Part shown: positions 55,648 to 64,000 of the stretch, piece after piece
Position numbering within the stretch: position 1 is the stretch's first letter
Layout of the letters: every line of letters begins with the position of its first letter
Source of the DNA: Pelomyxa schiedti
Lineage: Eukaryota > Protista > Evosea
DNA length: 64,000 nt
NCBI GenBank assembly: GCA_020536535.1
Contig: JAHLWZ010000793.1
Coordinates: 1 to 64,000 of the forward strand
Direction: 5' to 3'
Notes under the pieces: generated by a model
What the model saw: only the letters and a program-made list of their open reading frames with translations
What the model was told of the DNA's origin: nothing
Databases searched by the model: none
Translations under genes and position numbers: made by a program

Positions 55648-58136
55648 TTGAATGACACGGAGTACCCCCGGATTGAGGGAACCACACCACACAGCTGCCA
55701 TGTATATTACACCGAGACATTCCTCAACACACTATACACCAGCGCCTACGCAGCAGTCACACCCGCCACTCCCCCATTGCTTCCACTCTCCATCCCGCCC
55801 TCTCTCCCCAATTCCAATTCATCGACACCTTCTTGCACTTCCTCTTCCTCCTCCTCGTTGCCATCATCATCGTCATCCTCTTCGTTGTCATCGTCGGGGT
55901 GTTCGCCTGCGGGGGGGTGCGATTTGACACAACCTCAGGGGACGCCGTCCCAACCGCAGCCTCCTGCACTGCCGGCTATGAGTAAGTTCTGGAATGACAT
56001 GGAGATGATACTTATAGACCCTGCAATTACGCCTACTGACCATGAGAGACTTTCGAAACTGGATATTTGCTCTCAAGGCACCTCACTGGTGAGTCTGGGG
56101 TCTTTTTATAACAACTGTATTATGCACTCACATTGTGTTTGACTCTCAGGTGCTGATGACCTCCAAGGGGATGGACGAATTCTGTCGGTCGCTTTTACAC
56201 AGCGATTTTACCTCCCCCACTATAATCCGCACTACAATTGAGAACGTCTTGAATACAGTGCAGAATCTTATTAAATTCGATTACTCTGATGAAACATCAC
56301 CAACTGAGCAAAAGCGGTCCCCTTCCAAGGAACTTTCTGAACAAATCCCAACACAAGATAGCCTCCAAGATTGTGCGCATACTGAAACAAATACCTTAAT
56401 GCAACTCGATTCCATTCCGGTTGATGAACTTCACGTTCTTGACCAAAACAGTAACGACATCAAGGATATGACTCTTGAAGAGTTTTCCATACCCTCTGTA
56501 AAAGACACAAGCAGCAAATCGCCTCTTCTTCTAGAAAGTGACCTTTCGGGTCATGCATTTCAGGCGAGCACCGACCCTTTCACTATGGCTAGAGATGAGG
56601 ATCTGTGTAATTCTCTCGGTACTGCTGTCGGTGCTCTGCCTCCTAATGCTCACAATACAAGTGTGGAAACAACCTCTGCTCAGCAAAGCAAACCAGATTC
56701 CCCTCAGACTCAGGAAGTCGAGGCAACATCTAACTTGCTTCCTGCTGAAGATCAAATGGAGGCTTGTCCAAAACCAACAACTTTCGAACAGTTGCAACAA
56801 GTTCAGCCCCCCCTAAAATCCGACCCTTTGCTTCAGCACCTGCAATTACACCAACAACAACTCCTTCAGCAATACAATGACACTTCTAAATTGCAGAATG
56901 CACCCCGGTCATCCCCCGAACCTCAATCACTGAGTAGGCAAACGCAGTTTCCTTTCCAACAACCAATGCACACCGTACAAACAGCCCCCCACAATGCCTC
57001 AAACCCGCCCGACTCGTCACCAGCACCTTTTGTATCAGTGGAACAAAAATCGAATATGAACATGCCTCACTTATCCCAGATAAAGGTTTGGTCAGTCCTT
57101 CAGGACGGAACTCACTTCGTTCACAGCAATTTGTAGATACTGCTTCGCCCAACTTGATGCAAAAAGTCTTGCAAAATGTATCCAATAAATCATTCCCAAG
57201 AGCAGATACACCTTCGCCCCCAAAACAGACTAGTTCAGTTCAACAAATGGCACCTGTTCGGACCCAGCAAGGGCCACAACTCCCACCATACTTGCAAACT
57301 TTACTTCAATTGGCGGTAGCAAAACCAATACAGGTAACTTATGGTTCCCAATACAACCCCTTAACGTTGTCTTTAGAACAGCAACGCACTCTGTGACCCA
57401 CAGTTGGGACAATTACTTCCCCAATATCTGAGAGACAGTCAAAACTCTACATTAGATGAGACCGCCTGCGCACCTGACCAGGTTGTTGATAGCATCACAC
57501 TTTGCTGGTGCTAAATACTATTTCATTATGTACAGGTAGTTGCCGCATTGCTTGCCATGAAATCGGAAGTGGAGCAGATGCGCACAATTCTTAACCTTAT
57601 TGCAAAAGATATCAACAGCTACAAAATCCTGTTGCTAAAGCAGCAACAAACTACATTTCAAAATCCGCAACAAGGTGTGCTGATTCTCTCTCATAGTATT
57701 AAATTTGTCCTGACACCGCAACAAAGGCTTCAATTTCGCCTCCCCTGCTGTACCGGTAAATCCTACCCACTTTTTTTTTTAAATCATGATATTTCCAAAG
57801 CAGCCTCCGACACACAGACACATCGCCACCAGCCAAAACACACACGGGACCACCCAATTGACCAACTTCACCATCCAACAAGCACCATCGTCATCACTGT
57901 GGGGACTCCCCCCTCCCGGCGGCACTGTGCCCCGGCCCTCACAACCACCAAGGTTACCCTTCATAAGTGATAACACCCCAACTACTACAACTCCCTCAGT
58001 TATGCATGCACCACCAAACACAACAACTGGAAGCAGCATCATGGGCAACAACAGCCTCCCAAGCATTCTCACACAGCTGTTGATCCAGTCCTCATCATCC
58101 GCATCATTCACACACCCACCACCCAACCGACACTAA
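55648..58136 (+). CDS. Hypothetical S/T/P/Q-rich protein with short helical/coiled-coil segments
   Basis: Long open frames (55648-56142, 56135-57136, 57088-57396, 57548-57970, 57786-58136) separated by GT-AG introns. The start is uncertain (no in-frame ATG before about 55978) and no family was recognised. Confidence 0.5.
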
Positions 58137-58409
58137 CCAGTTCCACCCACCCAACACTTGTGATTAGTAGCACAACCACATGTTTTTAATAAAATGCAAA
58201 CCCACTAACACAACCCCTGAGGGGGTGTTTCATTGATGGTACTGGGATAGAATCGCAACCGAATTCGTTTGAAACCAAAATAGAATCACTTAAAAACGAA
58301 TTCAACCCCAAGAAAAAAACGGCAAACGAACGCAAACAACAAAAAACAAAAACAAAAAAACAAAGAGGTGCTAGGCCACAGCGACTGTTGGTTGTGACGC
58401 AAACAAATA

Positions 58410-60246
58410 ATGGGTTGTTGTAACTCGACAAGGATCGTTCGCGAGGGCGAGAAGGTTTTCTTTTCTTCTCTTCTCTCTTTTTTTTTTTCCTTCCCGACGT
58501 CGGTTATTAACCGACTTGTGAAGGTGTTCATGTGGGACAAATATGGACGAGGAAGAGTAGTGAGTGGTCCTGGAAGGGTATGGCCATTCTTCTTTTTTTA
58601 TTTGTCGAGGAATTCAAACACCTGATGGGTAACTAGTTGGCCATTGGAAGAGAGGAGAGAGTTCAGGATATGAGGTTGGTCACTTGCTCCGAAAGCCAGT
58701 ACCTCACTATCACACATCCCGTGAGATTCCTTTCTTTTTCGGTACTGTATTTATTATAAAATTAGGATGGGCACAAAGAAAGAGTTAGAGGGTATTTGCT
58801 ATTTTCACTTTACTACTTGTTTTTACCGTCAGTAAAGACCAGCAGCCGTGTGGCAACACCCCCTGGAACACCTTTCCGTCACTGTGGACAATGCTGTACA
58901 GGTCGACGCAAGTGAGCTCATGGTTGTCTTCAGGTAGGAGTGTTATCTTTTGGTCCCATTTTCTTACTCTCTCAAGTCATGTAAATGCCGAGACTGAGAA
59001 CGTAACACCCAAGATCATCAGGGGTCCTGCCCTTCACATGCCCGATCTGGACGAAATTGTCCACAGTAAAAAAAAACCCTCTTCTCTTAATGAATTCCTG
59101 ATTAATTTCCTACAGCCTTCAAGTGGCACGGATCTGATCCTGACCACCCCGAAAAGAAAAGACCAGGGCAACTTACGTTCCAGAAACTCAGGCACATTCC
59201 CGATCAAGTCTACTTCACTATCCCGGAGGTTTCATGCCCACTTTGCCCTTCACCGTTAACCTGTTATAGGTGAGGACTAGCGATGATGCCGTTCTGGAGC
59301 TCAAGTTTATGGTCTTCTTTGAGTTGGTTAGTATTGAAAAGATGATGGACAAGACCCACGACCCAATTGCAGATTTCATGGTCTCTAAATACTAGTTGCT
59401 TTCTTTTTCTCACTTTCTACAGAATACTTTGACTGCTGGTATGCCGCACGCTACCTTATTCTTTGTAACCCCGCATAAGATGTCATTGCCTTTACTGCTA
59501 GTCTTACTTATGAAACTTTCATGGAGAAGACCGATATGCTCAATAACCTTGAGTGTTATCATCAGCTCACGGTTTGCACTTTCCCTTCGCCGCATAACTA
59601 ATTTCCCTTAGAGCCGCGCCAATTTGATTGGTTTCCGTATCACCAAAGTTGCTTACCGGGGATACCACTGTGGGAACCTTCAACAGATGCATGATGATGC
59701 ACTTCAAGCACGCACTCAACTCAGGTTGGAGGCCGAGACCGAGGCTCAATCTCAGCAGCAGGCCGATATGAAGCTGACCAAAGAAAATGAACGCCAGAGG
59801 AAGAGTGGGTTCTAGAAGTTCTCTTAACATTCTAACTGTGGTTTTGTGCAACAGAGCAAGAGATGCAGAAGAGCGACTATGAGCACAATAACTTACTTAG
59901 CCGCATGCAACACGAGGAGAAGTTGGCGCAGCAGAACAGGGTTCACACACATTAGTTTGCCGAATGAATCTCACCAAAACAACAGGAGAAAGAAATGCTC
60001 TTGGCAGGAATTCGAGCCGAGAACCTAGAGAAAGTTGCATTCCTTGAGAAACTGAAAACTCTTGGTGTTGACCTTACAACCTACCTCGTCAATCAGGTTC
60101 CTCACCCACAAACAACATTTCTTTTTACAATCCACCACTTACACGGTAATTTACAGAACCCACTTGCTGGTGCCAACCGCATTCATGTAACATCCGACGG
60201 CACAGGTTCTGCTGTGCACATTCACGCAGACAAGAAGAACCTCTAA
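58410..60246 (+). CDS. MVP/SPFH-like protein: N-terminal MGCC lipidation motif, short MVP-repeat-like units, SPFH/shoulder-like domain, coiled coil
   Basis: Spliced MGCCNSTRIVREGEK-VFMWDKYGRGRVVSGP...RVRGPAAVW...IIRGPALHMPDLDEIV..FKWHG...THDPIADF...IGFRITKVAYRGY..LQQMHDDALQARTQLRLEAETEAQSQQQADMKL. The family call is from recalled similarity. Confidence 0.55.
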
Positions 60247-60529
60247 ACTCCTGTGAACACCTAACGTTTAGTTTGACAGATAAAAATGTGTTTTTCATTC
60301 TATTTCTATTTATTCTGCTTCATCTCTTATTTAATATCACAGTTGGGCGAAGAGCAGGGCAGGGTTTCTGTCAACAAGTTCCCAGCAACAACAGTTGTAC
60401 GGCAGGGAAACGGTGTCAAACAGCCAATCTGGCTTGGCATCTAATCTCCCCCCAAGAAAAAAACAAAAAAACCAGATACAGGGAAGGGATACAGCAGGCG
60501 ACACAGCGTAAAACACACAGCCGGTTTCA

Positions 60530-62624
60530 ATGTCGCGATCGTCGTCGTCGAGGGGGGGAGGTGACGATGGGGGGACAGCCACTTTGTTTGTTGCGAATTT
60601 GCCTACGTCGGCCAGCGAGAGCGGGCTGGCGGACTTGTTCAAGGACCAGGACGGCTACAAGAGTGCAAGGATAAGATGTGATCGCAATGGCTGGTTCGTA
60701 TCTTCTTCCTCCCGTGTTCTTGCTTTTTTTTTTTTTTGGTTGTAATCCCTTTTGTTTAGCCTCGTCGGGTTTGTGGAATTTAGTGAGCCGAGTTTGGCTG
60801 CTCGTGCACGTGAGAATTTACAAGGCACCAAGTTTGGCTCCACTGATATAGGTGTTGGTGTGTTGACAAATCTAGCTGGCACTAATAACGATTCCCTCTT
60901 TTCTACAATGACAGCCATCGAGTTTGCTCACTCCAGTACTATTTTACGCCACAGAAAGAGGGATAGACCAGAATTTGATGAGGGTATGACTCTACTAGGA
61001 TTCTAGTACTCACGCTCCCACAGTAAGAGACTTGGAATCCTCTCGACAAGCAACAATGCCCCGTGTTGGTAGTCTGTCTCCTGGTTCTGGGTTGATGCCT
61101 ACACCCGTTATGCCTCCTCGTTCTTCATCAGGTCTGATGTCTACAGTTACGAGCGCTTCACATCACCATAGTAGCAGCGGGAGCAATCACTCCTCACACA
61201 CTTCTCATAACATGCCTCTCCTCCCTGCACCTCCGCCTGCAGATATGTACAGCAACTCTGTTCATCCCGGAATTATCAACCCTATCATATCTCCTCCTTA
61301 CCTGGCACCCGGTACTCCATCAGGCATTCCCGTGTGTTTCCCATACCTTCCTCACCATACCTTCCATCCAAATTCCCTACAAATCCATAACCCCACATTC
61401 ACCAAAACGAATATATATCCTTTACCACACACATCCCATCCATCGCACCCTGAACTCTGTGCCTGGTATTTCAACTTTATTCCCACACCTTATAATACAA
61501 GCTTAACTTCACGAACTAACCTTGGCACTCTACCCCTCAGGGAATGTTTCCTCCTCTGCCATCTGAAGCCAGTAACACTCTGTTTGTGGAAGGTGTACCA
61601 AGTGATGCCACCGAACGAGAAATGGCTCATATATTCCGCCCATTTCAGGTGTTTTATTTAGTGCTCCCTACCCAAGCTTCCATAAATAACCTTTGTATAT
61701 ACTCAGGGATTCCAGAGTGTAAGACTTGTGCGGAAGGAACCACGTGTAGCTAGTTCAAGATTTTACTTGTGCTTTGTTGAGTATGATAACAAGTATCAAG
61801 CAACAAATGCCATGCACTTTCTTCAGGGTTACAGGTACTCCCGTGCACATCTTGAGTAGCACAACAGCTTATCCCTCCCCAGAATGGAACCAGCAGACAT
61901 GAAGGGTCTTACTCTTGCCTATGCCAAAACTGAAAGGAAAGATTCAAGGGATGTTGGAAGAAGTATTCATGACCGAGATAGAGAGAGGGATTATGAAACT
62001 GAGCCTGATATCCGCGACAGAGATCGAGATCGAGATAGGGAGAGGGATAGAGATAGGGATCGAGAGAGAGATCGAGATAGGGACAGGGACAGAGATAGAG
62101 AGCGCGAACGAGATAGAGAAAGGGAGAGGGAGAGACAGAGGGATCATGACAGAGATAGAGATGGAGACCGAGACAGGGATAGAGATCGGGACAGGGATAG
62201 GGGCAGAGACCGAGACAGGGATAGAGACCGTGATCAAGACAGTAGGGATCACACTGACCATGAATCAGATAGAGAGCACAGCCGTGATAGGGATAGGGAT
62301 AGGAATAGGGAGAGGGAGAGCCCAGAGAGGGACAACAGGGAGCTAAATGACGGGTATGACTCTGGGAGGGCAGAAAGCGATGCCGAGCGGGATAAGGAGA
62401 AGTCAAGAGATGGAGAGAGCGGCAAAGTTCCAGACAAAGGCAGGGATTGGACAAGCCAGTCTGTATCCAAGTCAGCACCAGTTTCCGTAGGTCTGCTGCC
62501 AACGCCGGCGGTCAAAGTTGAGCCCAGAGAGCACACCCTGGTAGAGTATCCAAGTGCCTACGATGAATCAGATTCCCAGAATCACCACAAGGACTCCAAA
62601 ACCCGTGAATCCCCAAAGAGGTAA
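60530..62624 (+). CDS. RNA-binding protein with two RRMs and a long RD/RE dipeptide region
   Basis: RRM1: TLFVANLP...LVGFVEF. RRM2: NTLFVEGVPSDATEREMAHIFRPF...LCFVEYDNKYQATNAMHFLQGY. RDRDRERDRD tract follows. The 3' end may continue after an intron. Confidence 0.85.
62020..62320 (+). repeat. Coding (Arg-Asp/Arg-Glu)n repeat (GAGATA/GAGATC/GGGACA-type hexamers)
   Basis: Visible degenerate hexamer array within ORF 61884..62624. Confidence 0.9.
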
Positions 62625-62721
62625 TTTCCACGTTTCCGCATTTTAGTTTCGCTTATGAAAAACTAGCCAAACCCGATTATGACAATGAAGGATAGTTGAT
62701 TTTTTAAAGTAACAAAACCAT

Positions 62722-63220
62722 TTACAATGAAGTGTGATGAATGCTTAATTCATGGTTTATCTGAGAAAGAACGCAACTTCCGCACATTAGTGAAGACAAG
62801 CAGTCCCAACAACAATAACCCTATTGAATGTGAGTGTTGTGGTGTATGGAATTCCAAAAACTACCTTGATGTGGAATATTTGCCTTACAGCTTCACGTTG
62901 CAACCATATTGGGATAAAGGTAGCAGTCCAACAACACAGAGGCGGAACAGCCATGCCCAAAAAGTAGAGAGCGCTGAATCCACAACAATTCACTGCATAA
63001 CTTAGCCACATGTTAAAAAGGGAAAGTACCAAGGAGGATACCTTGTTGCACTAAACATGCCATCATGAAGAGCTTGGGCGTTCTTTGCATACGCTGCACA
63101 GGGACAGAGACACGTAACCATGGTTTCTACCGGAGAAGATCAGTGAGAATCTAACATAATAGTTCGAAGAGAACTTGGACACCCAAGCACAAGTCTCTGG
63201 TCCCAAGATTCCTTCTGCAT
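62722..63220 (-). CDS. PLAC8 / DUF614 family cysteine-rich protein
   Basis: Spliced MVTCLCPCAAYAKN...NCCGF...LCCW...QREAVRQIFHIK-GYCCWDCLSSLMCGSCVLSQINHEL* fits the PLAC8 pattern (CPC; R..IR...I.G.CC.DC....C..C...Q...E). The 5' exon is uncertain. Confidence 0.75.
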
Positions 63221-63395
63221 GAAGAGATCCAGTCTTTTTTTTTTCCCACTGAAACAAAAGTTGAGGTACCCAAACTAGTCCGTCGGGAGCAGGGAAGTGG
63301 TGCCAGCTGTCACCACACAGTGTCACTCAAAATAATTACAAACTGAGATCCGAAAATAGAACCCTCTTTCTTTACTTTGATTTGTTTCAAAAAAA

Positions 63396-63888
63396 ATGGA
63401 CCAGCAACAGCAGCTTCGGCCTCCGCAGATCGTCAACACCGGTGGTGGGAGGATGATGCCGTCGGGGAGAGGCGGTGGTGGCGGAGTTTCGGCGTCCGAC
63501 GCTATCAACGTGTTGCTGAGCAACGTACTGGCGAAGCAACAACCGGGCGTCGCGGCGCCGTCGGTGATGGGCGGCCTGCCGATGCAAATGCAGATGCAGG
63601 GGATGTATCCGGCGCAGTTCGGCGGGCCGTTCGGGATGCCCATAATGGCGATGCCGCAGCAACAGCCCCCCGCGATGCTACCCCCGCGGCAGCCGGCGTC
63701 TTATCCAAGTTTCACTTCTCCGCAGTCGACCCCGTCCCTGGCGCCCCCAGCGCCGACGCCTTCGCCGCCGCCGACGGGGCCGCCGTCGCGCGCTCACTAC
63801 TCTTCGGCTGCCAAACCACACACCCCGAATCCTCCCCCTGTGCAATACTCACATGTAGCGATGCCCATGCAGTATGTTTTTAGGCTTC

Positions 63889-63929
<41 letters not shown>

Positions 63930-64000
63930 CCTACTCAACACGGCATTAAGGTCTATGTTTCCACCTGGAGGACCGTTGATGAACCCCCCTTTTGAGGTAC
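63396..64000 (+). CDS. Partial gene: P/Q/M/G-rich N-terminus, continues beyond the window
   Basis: ATG at 63396, GC-rich first exon, poly-T-containing GT-AG intron, next exon (SMFPPGGPLMNPP) truncated by the window edge. Confidence 0.6.

Noticed and set aside
58205-58235. Small hairpin (acccctgagggggt) and other intergenic stretches examined as tRNA or ncRNA candidates
   Set aside because: No cloverleaf, T-loop (GTTCRA) or D-loop consensus was found.
62727-63005. + strand Cys-containing ORF (MKCDECLIHG...CECCG) as a zinc-finger gene
   Set aside because: It is antisense to the PLAC8 gene, whose - strand exons and splice sites explain the region.

Overview
Gene-dense eukaryotic (protist-like) nuclear DNA. 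There are about 23 protein-coding genes, split by many short spliceosomal introns (mostly about 40-60 nt, GT-AG, at least two GC-AG), and the standard genetic code fits. Gene models were spliced by hand from the sequence, so exon boundaries are approximate and family calls come from recalled motif similarity, not database searches. In order: RalGAP-beta-like (-), Cwc24/RNF113 (+), triple-C2 protein with a GYPPQ tail (+), SP-RING/SIZ-type SUMO ligase (-), an apparent FKBP-TPR-UDP-sugar pyrophosphorylase fusion (-), a Cys/His-domain hypothetical (+), NAP1 (-), PP2C (+), PH/WH1-like plus RING protein (+), SPICE1-like coiled-coil protein (-), Ras (-), class II (B12-dependent) ribonucleotide reductase (-), MMTAG2/C1orf35 (+), a six-repeat surface protein (+), two paralogous multi-pass membrane proteins, a rifamycin-phosphotransferase-like PEP-utilising enzyme (-), TLC protein (+), TEP1-like DUF4062-NACHT-WD40 (+), secreted esterase (+), low-complexity hypothetical (+), MGCC-anchored MVP/SPFH-like protein (+), double-RRM RD-repeat protein (+), PLAC8 protein (-), and a gene truncated by the window end. 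The content (copine-type C2 domains, RalGAP, Ras, a centriolar protein, oxygen-independent RNR, several bacterial-type enzymes) would fit an amoeboid, possibly anaerobic, flagellate-bearing protist such as an archamoeba; this is inference only. The strongest unusual signals are the splice-supported immunophilin-USP fusion, the intron-containing bacterial-type RPH-like and NrdJ genes, and the nearby TEP1-like and MVP-like genes. No rRNA, tRNA, CRISPR array or transposon could be supported.
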